DNA of 63,576 nucleotides, filler included, from Collodictyon triciliatum (taxonomy: Eukaryota), in NCBI GenBank assembly GCA_043381765.1. It is 7 parts of 6 records of this genome, joined end to end, with 100 filler letters (N's around TTAATTAATTAA, not from the genome) between each part and the next. Parts side by side here need not be neighbours in the genome. Positions count along the whole stretch, not along the records: positions 26,273 to 39,273 come from JBHJMP010002068.1; positions 39,374 to 52,375 come from JBHJMP010002069.1; 5 more parts are not named here. One strand, 5' to 3'. The notes beneath the pieces were generated by a model. The model was not told the origin of the DNA, did no database searches, and saw nothing but the letters and a program-made list of their open reading frames with translations. Shown here piece by piece: positions 29,164 through 51,901 of this stretch. The position numbers were made by a program, and so were the translations under genes. Position 1 is the first letter of the stretch. Every line of letters begins with the position of its first letter.

Positions 29164-32100
29164 TACTTCGCAAACCTTCGTATCCTTGGCCTTCCAATAC
29201 GAAAGTTGAGGGTACACATGTCTCGAGTGTTGCAGAGAATTCATATCCAACGTCGCACTCACATGCGCCGTCGATGCAGTGTTGATGCGCGGGGCATATG
29301 ATATTCAGGCAACTGTCACATACTAAAATGAAATAAAAAAGGCCGACATGATTCTGAGTAAACGGCTAGAGTGATGAAGGAGTCTGCTTTCGAGTTTCCT
29401 TGCTTTTTTCTTCTTCTTTTTTTTTTTAAAAAAAAACCATGACTATCATAGTGGTAAATATAATCATCATAACAATTACATTTGATTGTTGCTGTTAGTT
29501 TGATTTCAGCTGTCGTGACGATATTCTGGTTCTGCACGCCCACGTAAACAAGCTTTGAAGAGCTGCTTCCACAATTATCCAGAACAACAGAGTAACTTTT
29601 CCCGGTAACAGCTTCATCGCAATTTCTGTCGCCTGGACACGAGCCTATGATAGTACACATAGATAGTCTGGCTTGCTCGTTTTCTTTTTCGAGAATCAGA
29701 TGCACTCCTCGGTTGGCCGGCAGCTCCGTCAAGTAATAGGACAAGCCTGGAGAAAGAGAGTCGTCCAAAGGAATCATACTGTACAGGACTTCAGCCGCGA
29801 CGGAGCATCCAAGAGTGCTCTATTTATTTTGGGCAACCATATCTTTAATATCTCTACGATGCATTTTTTTTGAAGAAAAAAAAAGGCATTTTTGGGAAAA
29901 CTAATAAGAAAGAAAATTGAAAGTGAAAAAAATATGAATGAATAAAAAGAAAAAGAAAAAAAGGGCTAAACACCAAACTAACCAACTTGGCATTTTAAAG
30001 TATTATTTTGCAAAAGAAAATGAATTTACAGTAGTGCAAGACACGATTCGGTGTTCCTCAGGCAAATCGTACTCGATGGACTCTAGATAAGCGGCTGTGC
30101 GATGCAAGTCTATTTGAGAGTCATCGATATAGGTCACAGGAGCTACGAGGATTGGGTGATGCAGCGCGCTATAACCCATGCTGTCATATGGAATTTGCGT
30201 CACCAAGTCTGTTCCCTTGTTCCCTGCGGTGACTACACGATGCGATGGAAGAGCGCGGGTATCCACACGGCTAGCTCTAAACCTAGATGGTGAGCTCCGG
30301 GAATTCATGCCCACCAGATTGTTGAAGAAATCGACAAAAGTTTGGTCACCAACGCGCGGGGACCCGATGCTGAGAATAGATATCTTTATCCACTTGTTTT
30401 TTATCGGGTCGGATGTAAGAAAGTCGGAGATGCAAAGAGTGGCCAAGGCACCACCGAGACTGTGGCCTACGAAGACATCGAAACCAGGAATGAAACCAGA
30501 GAAAAAGAAAGAAAAAGCAGACAATATCTAAAATTCCTCTGCAAAAACCTATTTGATGGTTGATAGAGAACGACAGTTGATACCTGTGATTACCAATTCA
30601 TACTCGTTGGATAGAGGATACGAGTCTAGATACGCTTTAATGAGTGGCTCCATAGACCGATACGCGGCGTGAAATCCTCTGTGTATTCTGCCACAGTTGA
30701 CACCATTAAAATTACAGTCGGTCTTTATGATGTCTGCATCCGTTTTCCAGTCTAGGACTGTATCTGTGCCTATATGAGTGAAAGAAAGAGAGAGAAAAGG
30801 GGATATTTAGACTAGAGGAATGTAACTATGTGTGCCCCTAAGATATGAGCGTGTGATGATTCGAGTCGTTTTTCTATATAAAGATATGCATGCTATTGGG
30901 TACATATAAAGTATCACCTTCGAATGACAGAACAACCCAGCCAATCTCGGGGTTCTGGTGAATGACAACTTTGAAATTATTGTCCTTCGGGTCTTTAATT
31001 TCCTTCATATATAACCACTCATAGCAGCCGTCAGCGAAAGGAAGAACATAGTTTTTGGCCACTTCGTTGTAGACTAGAGTAGAGAGCGTTGCCAGAACTC
31101 TTGCACGATTCATAACCTGATAACGAATTTAATTATATAATGCACGCACAGAACTGAAATTATGTACTTTTGATGTAATTTCTATTTAGTATTTTGTTGA
31201 TTCTTTAAGAAAAATCAGAAGAAAATTACACAAATATCAGAGTTCCTCAATCTATGAAAATCGAAACACAGTTATAACATTCGCAAATGAATGAATGAGC
31301 TACGCACAATATTGTTATTGCACTGCTCTACATTCGAGATGAAAGTGGCTTGCAGTTCGTATTTTGCGTCTGTGAAGTAATTTCCGTTCCAAACAGAGAA
31401 AAATAGCTTCGACCCTTGTTTTTCGTTGCAATTGTAAACCCCGAGCACATAAGGGGCAGACTTGTCCACAAGGTCATAGCTGCTAGCTGGTGGCTTGTTT
31501 TGGCGAACATAGAGCCCAACGTCGTCTTTGTCTCCTGGGTTACGCAGCTCTACCACAACGTAATCGCCCATTTTTAAATGGACCTCATAGTGTACATAAG
31601 AACGGGTCGGCGCAGTCCCAGTGGCAAATGGACTTTGAGGAGAGAGTGAGTTTGGAAGACATCCGTTTCTCGCATTGAGAGATGCAGAGTTGGAATGGAC
31701 AGCAATCTTCTCACTAGGACATTCAGAACAGTCTGGGTATATTATTTATTTATTTATTTATTATTATTATTGTTGTAATGAACACAATGCTTTATTATCA
31801 AACGAATATAAAGGCAAGGCTGCACAAAAAAGAAAAACGCAAGAATTTTTATATAGACTTGAGAATAATAATAATTATTTTTTTTAAAAAAAGGGCAACA
31901 TTCATGCTCGTAATGAAAAGTGAGAAACAGAGGAATAACAGTGTATCTTTTTGCCACAAAAAAAAAAAACATCCATAGACAAACCTGTTATTTTCACGCT
32001 CAGCTTGTAGTCAGCCTTGGAGAACCAATTATCATTCCAAATGCTTACGTAGTATATCTCTGGGATACTTGCGATACAATGAGATGCATGCAACTGAAGG

Positions 32101-32607
32101 GGCTCTGTCTTCTTCTCGTAATCCCAGTCGTTTCCGACCGCACAAGTGTCTTTGCGGATATATAAATCCAGGTCGTCATCGGCACTGGGATTCACGAGGT
32201 CCACGGCAAGAATGTTCCCGGCTGGCACGGATATTACAAAGTGGAGATATCCAGGTGAGACAAGCCCGCTCATAGTTTGACTCCCTGTGAGAATCTCGGC
32301 TGGGCAGTCGGCCTTTGCTATTGTGATATTTGAGGCGTTACAACCCCACTTGTTCTATTGAACGCAAAATATACAGAATGTGTATGGAAGATAGGAAGAA
32401 AAGCATGGGCTCATTCAACAAGGAAGTCATTTGCGAGTGCAACCAGCGAATAAAGTGAATAAAGCTGGAAAAATGAAACAAGGAGAATAGACGAATAAAT
32501 AGAAAGATAGGAAGTGAAATAAAGACGGAGGCTGTATCAGATCTTGACATACCTGACCAAAGTAGAGCGAGGAAAAGGCCGTAGAGAAACAGCTTTGCGG
32601 AATTCAT
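27166..32607 (-). CDS. Secreted class 3 lipase flanked by PPC-like beta-sandwich domains and an Fn3-like module; spliced; 3' end uncertain
   Basis: Signal peptide MNSAKLFLYGLFLALLWSG. PPC-like DDDLDLYIRK and KDDVGLYVRQ. Lipase: VVLSFE|GTDTVLDW..IHRGFHAAY..LVIT|GHSLGGALATL..IGSPRVGD..DLVTQIP..DLH. Fn3-like VTWQLASD..FEVAVGT..HMVTVRG. Confidence 0.85.
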
Positions 32608-33372
32608 CCCTGCTAGTATTTTTTTTTTATCAATCGTTTCAAGTTGTTAGTTTACTTTAACTTTGCTTATTTAACTTTTGTTTCTGGCCAGCGAGGCACA
32701 ATTGGGATTGAAAATCCCTTGGACTATTGAATGAAGAAAAAGAAGGAAAAGAAGAGAGAGAGAAAAAAGGAAGAGGAAAGGAAAAGAAGGAAAAGAAGAG
32801 ACAGAATAAAAAGGGACAACCACAGGCTTTGACCGAGTGTTTGGATCGGTTTGCACCCGACCGAGTTTCTGGCAAAATGATCGCCGCCTCTGATCTGTCT
32901 TTCGCGATCGCTGCCGAATCCGATCAACCGAATCCCACATTGTTATTTTTTGATCGGAAACGCAGCTCCGTTTTGGGTATGCGAGAGAAAATGGAAACTA
33001 ATTGATTTGAATCAGTGTCTATGTATAGCATTATCGTAATACAGAGAGAGTTGTCTAATATGTATTAGTGGAATTTACTGTACATATTTCATTTGATCCG
33101 CCTTTATGATTAGAATCCTATTGTTGATGAATGAATAGCTTACATATTGTGCAATTAATCTAGAGACACTGTTTTTGTAGATAATAAAGTCTCAATTCTG
33201 GACATACAGATAAATTGCATGCAAAACCCACTTTTCGCATTCAGTTTTTTCCCAACGGAGTCGCCTCGCTGATCCGAACCCCTTAGCGATCTGCTGTTGG
33301 CCTTTCGTTGCGTGACTGAGCCGCCAGAAGCGAGCAAAGCAAGGAATAAACGTCAGAGTGTCTACTGAGGCC

Positions 33373-33892
33373 TTCACTTTTTTCTCTCTTCTTATTTATC
33401 TTCCTCTTTTTCTTCCTCTTTCTCTTCTTTTTCTTCCTCCTTTTCTTCCTCCTTTTCTTCCTCCTTTTCTTCCTCCTTTTCTTCCTCCTTTTCTTCCTCC
33501 TTTTCTTCCTCCTTTTCTTCCTCCTTTTCTTTCTCTTTTTCTTCCTCTTTTTCTTCCTCCTTTTCTTCCTCTTTCTATTCCTCTTTTTCTCTTCATCCTT
33601 ATTTATCTTCCTCTTTTTCTTCCTCTTTTTCTTCCTCCTTTTTTAACTCTTTTTCTTCTTCTTTCTCTTCCTCTTTTTCTCTTCCTCTTTTTCTTCCTCT
33701 TTTTCTTCTTTCTCTTCCTCTCTTTCTCTTCCTTCTTATTTATCTTCCTCTTTTTCTTCCTCCTTTTCTTCCTTATTTATCTTCCTCTTTTTCTTCCTCT
33801 TTTTCTTCTTTCTCTTCCTCTTTTTCTCTTCCTTCTTTTCTTCCTCTTTTTCTTCCTCCTTTTCTTTTTCTTTTTCTCTTCCTCCTTTTCTT
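33373..33892 (+). repeat. About 520-nt nearly pure polypyrimidine tract built on (CTTCCTCCTTTT)-type units
   Basis: Seen directly. It ends just before a CAG acceptor (33902-33904) upstream of the coiled-coil gene ATG. Confidence 0.9.
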
Positions 33893-33954
33893 ACGCACTT
33901 GCAGATTCGTCGGTGCCTGTGCAGCCTTTTCGTAGCAGGAGCCCGTTGCGCCGA

Positions 33955-38213
<4,259 letters not shown>

Positions 38214-38589
38214 CACATCAACTCTAGAGAATCCCCTTTCAAATTGTGTTCTCTCCCTATTTTGTTTTTATTTTGTTCTTACTTTTTATTTTTAATTTTT
38301 TTTCTTCAGAAATATGAAAGGCATTTTACTAATCGCACGCATTTGTGGATGCATAACCAGAAAACACTTCCCTAAGCTTCCCGTCGTTGATTGAGCAGGC
38401 TCGAGAGCGGGACGATTCAGATGACTTTTACTAAAAGATAGAAAAAACACACGAAACGCCAATCACGGTTTCGGAAATAAAGTACCGTATTATATCTTCC
38501 CAATCTGGCCTTTTCCTTTTTTTTTTGTCTTTGACTTTGACTTCGACCGTTTCCTGTGACACCTTTCATTTTCCCACTCCTAGAGGACT

Positions 38590-39208
38590 ATGAAAAATAC
38601 CCGACCGAAACACAGGCATATACGCTACTATTCTGTTCTGTTCTGTTCTGTTCTGCTCTGTTTTGTTTTGCTTTGTTTTGTTTTGTTTTGTTTTGTTTTG
38701 TTTTGTTTTGTTTTGCTTTGTTTTGTTTTGTTTTGTTTTTTTTTTGATTTCATTTCATTTTTTTTTTTACTCTCTCCTTTCCTTTTGCCTTTTCGAGTTA
38801 GATGCTCGGCTCCACAAACATCCCGGTTGTGCATCGGACTGACAGATCGTTTTCACCAAGAAGATCGCAAGGAACAAGTAGATGCAACAATAATTCTAGA
38901 CTCTCTTGATTAATATGCCTTTTTATTCACTTTGCAGAGACCAATGAATTGAATAGAACTCGTTTGTTATGACTAACATTTTCTTTTCACAAACCTTTTC
39001 TTTTCAAAAGCATTCGACGAAACAGGAGGGGTTGGTTCGAGCTGGAACCCCACTGCGTCTGTCTCTGTTGCATATGCGTATCCAGTTAGCAGAGGCTCGG
39101 ATAAGTATTCTGTTGATTCTGCTGCAGAGAGATATGTGTGAGTCCTTAAGAGTACACTTAAAACAAAACAAACAAAGCGAACATCTTCACCATCCTGCAC
39201 AAAATTGA
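38590..39208 (+). CDS. Possible 5' exons of an unidentified spliced gene
   Basis: Short GC-richer blocks bounded by AG/GT (for example 38802-38877 and 39011-39077) between microsatellites. No family recognised. Confidence 0.25.
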
Positions 39209-39558
39209 AAGGAAGAATATAAAAAACAAAAAAACAAAAAAACAAAAAAACAAAAAAACAAAAAAACAAAAAANNNNNNNNNNNNNNNNNNNNNNNNNNN
39301 NNNNNNNNNNNNNNNNNTTAATTAATTAANNNNNNNNNNNNNNNNNNNNNNNNNNNNNNNNNNNNNNNNNNNNAACCTCATCATGCAATACCCGCACAAG
39401 ATAGATTGTGACTAAGGCTGGATTAGCTCATCTCTTGGTTGTTGTATGGCTATAAAGAAGTGAAGAAGGGGACAACTTCTGAAAACTATTAGAGTGATTT
39501 GTTTGCAGTCTGGATGCATGAAATGCTCTGTACCGGGTTGTATTTTGTGATGCCTCTT

Positions 39559-40388
39559 TCACTTGTCGCGGGAATAATGGGCAACTTCTTTGTCTCGAAC
39601 CCAACCCAGAATCAGCGCTGATGAGACAACACCCAAAATGGCACGGAATGCACAGTATATATAACTACAAGATAGAAGAAGAAAAAAGAAGAGTAAGACG
39701 AATACATGGAAAGGAAAAATCATCAAAAATATCTCGCGACAGAGCATACACACCCAACTAAGGGAACGTTTTCCATAATCGAGCGAGCATCCCAATAATC
39801 TGTATGAGAAACAATCTAAAACGAACCTTGTTAATCGTAATGCATCGATTCAGACAAATACACATAGCTCGGAAGCAAGTACAGCAACTGAAAATAATAA
39901 TAATAATAATCTTCAATAATATTAGCGAGCGAAAGAGACCTTATTTTGCTCATCAAGAACTAGTGAGGTGATGATTTTTAACGAAATGCAGAATGATAGC
40001 CATAGAATCTATAACCTTGGAGCGTAAGAAATAGGGATACGTGCAATACAAGGTACAATACAAAGTCGAGGTAAGAAAATTGAGATACGGAAGTTGAGGC
40101 TGATTAAGTAGAACCAAATACCCGGACATGAAACTCGACCAACATGTCCATAAGGATCACATCTTTTCTTTGGTTGAGAGAGTAGTTGAGGCGCTTCAAC
40201 ACAATGCGATGAAACAAGGGCGCCAGCGCAAGGAACTGAGCGCGGACCTGATCGACTCCCCTGACAGAAACCAGCGGATCGTCAAATGTTGCGTGCGGAT
40301 GGTAAAGTGAAAAAACACTTTCCCACTCGCGTGGACTCTGCACCGGGCACTGGTACAGCAAAGACACTTTGCGCGCTATGTCTTCCAT
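39559..40388 (-). CDS. SnoaL-like/NTF2-superfamily protein; spliced
   Basis: LYHPHATFDDPLVSVRGVDQVRAQF...LVLDEQNK|IVSHTDYWDARSIMENVPLVG|YIY..., with the FxDP and HxDYWD motifs typical of SnoaL-like proteins. Confidence 0.8.
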
Positions 40389-40915
40389 ATCCAAGCCTTT
40401 TCTATGCGTTGTGAGGGTGTCATGTAGTATTATACATATATTGTCTTTTGTACTCCCTGCCCGATATTTGAGCGGGCGGAGCAATTCTGCGGATGAAAGT
40501 CTACCATTTCATTTGACAGTGGACTTTATCGATACCGGACTGACATAGAGTTCGTGTGAAAAGAGGGCTGCGCACCAGTCCGTTCTCTTTCATGAGGATG
40601 TTCTAGTCGAGACATATAATTAATGCTACTTATGATATTTTTTAATTCTGTTGTATGATTTTTAAGGCTTAATGCACCTTATTCGACAGAATTATTTATA
40701 TAATCCACAAATAGCATGATTACGAATGTGGGCTTCCAATGATCGACAAGCAACCCGACTAAAAACTTCCTCCGCTGGCTCGCTTGGGCACAAATCTCAC
40801 GAAAAAAAAGAGGGAATGCGCCATCCAATCAAAGTGCATAGAGCTTTTGCATGAATATCAAGCTGTACGAAAATGCATTCGGATTGTGCTGGAAAATGGA
40901 AAAAAAAAGTCAACC

Positions 40916-41178
40916 CTTTTCTCTCTTTTCTCTCTTTTCTCTCTTTTCTCTCTTTTCATTGTTTTCTCTCTTTTCTCTTTTTTTCTTTTCTCTCTTTTCT
41001 CTCTTTTCTTTTCTTTCTCTTTTCTCTCTTTTCTCTCTTTTCTCTCTTTTCTCTCTTTTCTCTCTTTTCTTTTTTTTTCTTTTCTCTCTTTTCTCTCTTT
41101 TCTCTCTTTTCTCTCTTTTCTCTCTTTTCTCTCTTTTCTTTCTTTTTCTTTTTTTCTCTTTTCTTTTCTTTTCTTTTT
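40916..41178 (+). repeat. (TTTTCTCTC)n pyrimidine minisatellite upstream of Pet127
   Basis: Seen directly. Confidence 0.95.
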
Positions 41179-41335
41179 GCATATGTTATTCCGCTTTCAT
41201 TTCCTTTGGCTGCAGACTAATTTTTTTTTTGAAACTCAATCAAATAATCTTATTCTTGCACTCTTCAGCGCCTCCTATTCCCCTTTCTTAACTTTCACTC
41301 TTCAAGACAGCTACTTCGCCTTTGGTCGTACGCTC

Positions 41336-45431
<4,096 letters not shown>

Positions 45432-45666
45432 GGATTTCTTTTCATTTTTTTCATCGTTTTAATGACGCTCTGCTCTCTTTATCAACTTCATAAACGAGTC
45501 AACCAGAATTGAATATCATATCCATAGAGCATGTTTTTATTTATTTATTTTTATTATTGTGTTTATCCGCCTCCATCCTGCACGGACCGAATTGTGCGTG
45601 CTAACTCAGGATAGCATCAAGTCGAAGAAACAGAAGAAACGGCAGCGGAGAGGACACAAGAGCCGC

Positions 45667-48600
45667 TTAGTGAGAAAAAGAAACATCATTTGGGTCTCCA
45701 GGGTCGGCATCAGCGCCATCTCCTCCTCCATCAACATCGCTGCTATTGTTGGGGTTATCTCCATCGTCCAATGCCAAGACAGTCGCGACCGATGCGTGGG
45801 ATGGACGAGCGTGTGTGTAGAGCTTCAGTGCCGATATGGCCACGGTTGCAGGTCGCCCTGTGCCTGTGCTTGAACGAGGTGTCAGAGAATCCTGTGATGC
45901 AGTCGGCGCAGAAGTCTGAATCGCTTGCTCGGAGGCAGGATTGTGTGATGGGTTCGGATTCGGATTTAGATTTGGTGCGGAATCGCTTTGGTGTGGGTTT
46001 TTGTTCCAGAGACCAATCGGGGTGGCCATGGTCAGTGTCTGGCGCATCGCTTTCATGTTGACTCTGTTCCAAGCCGAGCTGTGGTGGAGGTGAATTTTGA
46101 TGATAGAATAGGGTTGATTAATTATTATTTAAAAAATGGTGGCGGGGTTAATGTAGAGAGCTCATGTTCATGTTTGGTGGATGATGCCGGTTAAAAGGAA
46201 CGAAAGTGATTTAATCGAATGTACTTTGAAACCCGTCTGTCGGTGATTATTTCGTCCGCTTGGCTTGCATCGCTGGGGGGCTGTGGTGGTGTTTGGTGTG
46301 TGGTCTCGACTTTGGCTGGAGAAAACTCGTCTGTTTTTAGAGTGGGTTGTTGCTTCGCCTCGCTTGTGTTGCTGCTGCTTGCTCGGCGCGATGAGGTTCC
46401 GTGTGCTCTGAGTCGGTCGATGAACACGTCGCTATCTTGCATACTCGCGAGGGTGGTTCTTCGAATACGGTTAATAGTCCCAGACGGCTCTAAATAGCTT
46501 TGCTGTAATATCGCATCGGACTTTTGTTCATGCGTGGCATCGTGACTGCTTGCATTATCAATGTGCTGTGAAGTTGGGGTGGGGCTATCGTTTGCAATTT
46601 TTGTATGCAACGTTTCTTCGGCAGGGTATGTGATGTCCTCGGTATCACGTTCGATGATGTCCGAAGAGTCGATCGGCTCCACATTTTCTAGAGATTGATG
46701 ATTCGGTTTGTAGATGGGGTCGCTGCTGCGTTCGTGGGCGGTGGAGTAATTTTTGCCCTCGGAATTGTTTCCTTCATGTGGAGGTTCTTTAATTCCTTGG
46801 GTTGTGATGAAAGAGTCGTAGGTTCGCTCTTTAGTGATGGCTTGCTCACAAGTGGCATCCTGTGTCGAGCATATGAGAAGAATAAACACATTTTTCATGC
46901 AATATTTTGAAAAATAGCATTATATGATGATGATATCGGAGATGACTAAAGCGATGGTAGATACTGATTATAATAAATTCAATTAGCAAATAGAATATTG
47001 GAAAAAGAGAACTTACATCAAAGACACGAGGATATTCGTCAATAAAGAATTTTGTAATGGCGTTGACTACATAATATGAAAGTTAAACACTGGTAATATT
47101 TCGTCCGCATACTATTTTTCTGCTCATTTACAATCATTGACCGAGGTTATCAAAGTAGCCTACGACACTCTATGCAGATTTGAAACTTACTCATAGCGCT
47201 AGACTCCAGTGTCAATAGCGAAGGCTACAAATAAGATTACGCATTATTTTATGAAACCTGCACTTTACCCTCTAATTGAATATGAGCTCATATAATATTA
47301 ACACTCACGTCGTCAGATCTTATCAGATTTGGTCCGAATACAGTGGATAAGTTTGCCGAGCCTATTCAGAGCATGCAACTGAATGATTATGTGGACAATA
47401 ACATACATATATATATAAATATTAAGAAATGCCAATTTACTTTTCCCGTAAATGACCCATAGCTAATGTAGCGCATATACTATCTTACCCATTTTATTCT
47501 GTGCCGAGAAGCTTTTTGTCCTATACAAGAGTCTCTACACCAAATAAATGAACGATAAATTGGTACATCGGTAAAGTAATTACCTCCGTTAAATTTAGTT
47601 TGGAAATAGCCTAAATAATAAAATAAAATAAAATAAAATAAAATAAAATAAAATAAAATAAAATAAAATAAAATAAAATAAAATAAAATAAAATAAAATA
47701 AAATAAAATAATAAAATAAAATAATAAAATAAAATAATAAAATAAAATAATGAATTTGATTTAGGAGCAACCATGAGCCGAACCAGAAGGGAGTAATTTG
47801 GAACAGGAAGCTAGTAGTTGATTTGAGAGTTTATGCAATGCCGAGACGATATTGTTGATATACTTTGCAGTCAATGGTGACAAAATTTTGATAAGATGCA
47901 GCCAAACTTACGTCTTTGAGCACATGCTTAATGTATTCAATATCTCCTTCGGAATTGTCCACTAGAATAAATACACATAATAGTTTCACATGATAAAGAA
48001 ATCAATTAGAGATACTATTAAATAAATCATCGGTAATTTTGTTTATCTATGAAAGAGTGAGAAAATCCATAAAAAGAATAGCGAGAACAATATGACATTA
48101 TGTTTTCCACGAAGGATGTATAATAAAATCGTGGTACCTTTCCAACTAAAAAGCTTTTCGTGCATGGATGGGACGAAAACTGAATCAGGGAGTTCACGAA
48201 GAAACATCTTGAGATTTTTTCGATGATTATAAATTGAAAAAAAAAGAGAGAGAAAGAAGTTAAAAGATAAATACATCTGGGAGATCATAAATCTTAAATA
48301 ATGTTTAGTTAAAATCTTGTTTAGAGCTCACTTTAAGTAGACTGGAGACAATATTTGGGTCGGAGATTGAAGCTATATCAACCTTTCTGCCTGTTGCGCA
48401 ATATGCAAAAAGTGAGCACGCGTCAATAAATATTTATGTATTTAGGTCAGAAAAAAAAGTTCAACCTTCACAGCTGTTCTGCAAAAGAAAAAAATACCTC
48501 TATCAATATCATTTTTTATTTTTTCGATTTGACTCTTTGAGCCAGAGAGTCGAAAGATTCCTTCTTCGGTGGGTGCTTATGAAAAAGAACAGTTTACATT

Positions 48601-51314
48601 GGTATATACATAAAAAGCGTCTCAATACACAGAAAAGAAGAACCGAATGGATTAGATACACGTATCCTTGTTATTTACTCTATCTAATCAGCTGGTATAA
48701 AACTACCTTTTTCCTCCAGATAATCAATTAAACTGATAATTAAAGATGGAACACAAGCTTCAGAAACTTGCTCTCTCTGGGGGATATAATCAAAACAACC
48801 CATTGAATTATCTTTCATATTTTACTTATCTATTATATAATCGTGATTTATTTTTCAGTTCGACTTACGTGCAATAACTTTTGCAAGCTGACTCCAAAAA
48901 TTCTTGTGTCCTATTTGATAATGTTATGTATGAGCAATCGATTAAAAACCTTGACATACAGGGAAAAAGATGAGAAAAATGGTGCTCAAATAATTTTTCT
49001 TGGGAAATTAGTACGTCGCTAATGGGCTCCTTGTCCTTCAAACGCTGACACCGACGAGCATCTCTTTGGGCTCTCTCTTGGAACATTTCCTTCTTTCTCT
49101 GATTGGCAAATGGTGCAAAGTATAGTTATTGTGATTTCACAATTAAGAAATATCGCACTCCTTTTTAGAAAAAATAGGATTTTATTACCATATTTTATAC
49201 ATGAAAAAAAGCATTTTACCTCTTCAGTTTTTAGCTTCATCTGTTACATTTCCCCCATAAAAAATGTAGAAACAAATAAATAGCGAAATTATGTCAGTAT
49301 GTGATATTCATAATAGATTGGGTATCATGAATTCGAGTTGGTATCACCTCTTCGCAAAACAGTCTCATTTCCTGTAGGTCAAATTAGAATGTTATCGCAG
49401 TTGTTGTTGTTGTTGTTGTTTTTTTAAAAAAAAAAGCAATAACATTATATAACTTTTCTTTGTTATTTTTTTGATTTTAAAAAATAAACAGGAATTAGTA
49501 TCTCACCCCAATCAGATCAATCCACTTCACAAAGAAAGTCTCCTGGGCATCAAAGATGCTGATACAATAAAGCATCGAATCGACTGAAGAATTCGATTAT
49601 TATTCAGAATTATGCATGCGTATCTTGCAACTTTGGGCACCTCCCATGATTACTGGGAAAAAAAGGAAATAAAATAAAAGCAATCAAACACCTTCTCTTT
49701 TGTCATTTACGTCCTGAAGCATCTCAATGGTATCGATTTCAGCATCCCTAAACTTTTCCTCCATATCTATGAACTCTGGTGTGAGAACCTATGCTGTCGT
49801 CAATTACTTATAGTTTGGCGTCATATAATTCATAGAATATACGTCCAAATATTAACAAGGTCTTTTATATACATCTATTTGTTTTTATAACTGAACTCAC
49901 ATCCTTTCCTCTTTGTCTTGTTTTCGCTGCGTCATACTCGACTCGGATGCTATCATAATTTTGGTCTTTTGAAATCTAAAAAAAATATAATAATAATAAT
50001 AATAAAAATAAAAAAATGATACAATAAACGATGACATGAAGATACAGAAGGATATGTATCGGTATGATGAATTAGTATGGAAATATACATACGCGAAATA
50101 ACAAAATAATAAGAATTAGTTCATTACAAGTGCATTTTTCACATCCATTTTGGCAAAAACGCGAACAGTTTCAACAAAGTTTTGTTGAATGGAACGAAAC
50201 TATAACACGTTTTATATTTTTAGTTGGCGGTGAGCAGAAAAACTGAACTATGTACAAGGTTTATTACATTCCTCTTTTATTGTGTGGGTGTATGTATACA
50301 TGAAGCAATCCTACAATCATATTCTTTCTAATGGCAACCTAAACTCACCATCTCACTACGAATATTTTCGATTTCTATTAGATGCTCAGACATCCGGATT
50401 AAAGCAGCAGCTTTCCGAGTCAAGTGGTTATATTAAAGGCGGCGTGTCAGAAGCTTTAATATTTGAATTATTTTTCAAAAAACAAGAATGTAAGAAGAAA
50501 AGCATTTGGGCACCCTACAATATTCTGGGCTTATTTCAGAAAACTCTTTTCCGGCTTCTTTCATCGAATAGGCAAACTGGCAATTATGCGCTGAATAATC
50601 TATAGCAGGGTGCATGTGAGCTTTCTTCAAGTTGGGTCATCATGCAAACAATATAATCGCTGATGGACAGATATATTGCTGTTACTTTGTCCGCTTTCAA
50701 TCGCAGTCGTCATTTGTTTATAGAATTGTTTCATGTGGAATCGAGTTTGTTGCGCAGCCTATTTTAAATCAATTGATTTAAAAAAAGCATTGCGAAAGTT
50801 GATTGACAAACTAAAACAAGCATATTCCAAAATTTATTATAATTATAATCATCATCATGATTAGTATTGTGCATATTTGTAGAGAACCTCATAATAATCG
50901 GATATAAGTTTGTTTTCGGATGTGGAGTCTGCATGTCCAGTCCCTTCTTTGACGATTTGCTTCGCAATACTGATTTTTTTCGCCGCTTCATTCACAATCG
51001 ATCAAGCGTTTAATACAATCGTGATAAAAAAAATGCAGTATTAAGATTGGATACACATTACGCTAAACAATACCATAAATCGAACACATGAAAATACAGA
51101 GTTTCCAGAACGCAAGAAAATCCATGGAAGAAAACAAACAAAACGCATAATTGGTATATAATCATTTCGCTTTCAACATCATGAACCTTGTCTCACAGAG
51201 ATGCGAGAGAAAAGAAGAAAGAAATGATTCTACTCTGAACGAACAACCTTTTTCAAACGACAAGTCCTTTGCTTGGTCGACGTATTGCTTGTATTTGTCC
51301 CGAATCCAACTCAT
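45667..51314 (-). CDS. BAR-domain RhoGAP protein with a long low-complexity C-terminal tail; spliced
   Basis: N-terminal helical exons (KQIVKEGTGHADST; YDSIRVEYDAAKTR). RhoGAP motifs: IDYLEEK, EGIFRLSGSK (Arg finger), NIVSSLLK|MFLRELPDSVF, NKMG|SANLSTVFGPNLI. Confidence 0.82.
47613..47750. repeat. (AAAAT)n microsatellite, intronic
   Basis: Seen directly. Confidence 0.95.
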
Positions 51315-51901
51315 ATTTCCAACGACAGTTTTCTGCAACTAAAAGAAAAGCGAGAACTGGTGAAGAAGTACCACGGCCGAGCGAAAAAAATATAGTAATA
51401 AAAAAAAAAGAGGAAAAAACAATAATAAATTAAATGCTTGGAATGAAAGAGGACGATACAGAATTAAAATGATGGTCTCAGCTAAATCCCTTAAAGAAAA
51501 CAACAACAGCAATTGGGCGAATGAATAAACAAAAGAAAAAATGCAACAGGCTTGTATGATACAAAAGACTTTTATGAACATCGATATGCGGATCTGCTTT
51601 AATACTAGATGTATATATAGAGTTCTGCTTAAGCCCTGTTTGACAGAGTCCGCGGAGATCGTAGCTCCCAAATATGCTTCTGCCACATGAGTACAGGGAA
51701 AATTTTGTCGAGCTCAACTTCTCTTTAAGCAAGAGGCCTTTGCATTCGCTCCTGAGTTCGGCGCTGCCTTCCTTCCATCCGCGCCCTCTAAACTGTCACG
51801 GTGATGTGATCTGTAAACCAAAATCGAATTGGTATCATTTCCACATATGTATTATTTGATCTGATGTCACAAAAAACATATCCAGCAACCAACTATTATA
51901 A

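Noticed and set aside
40784-41291. Phe/Leu/Ser- or Lys/Arg/Glu-rich ORFs (also 22367-22650, 26221-26623, 45061-45431, 52424-52790, 53656-54027)
   Set aside because: They are read-throughs of microsatellites. Only the short embedded exons are real.
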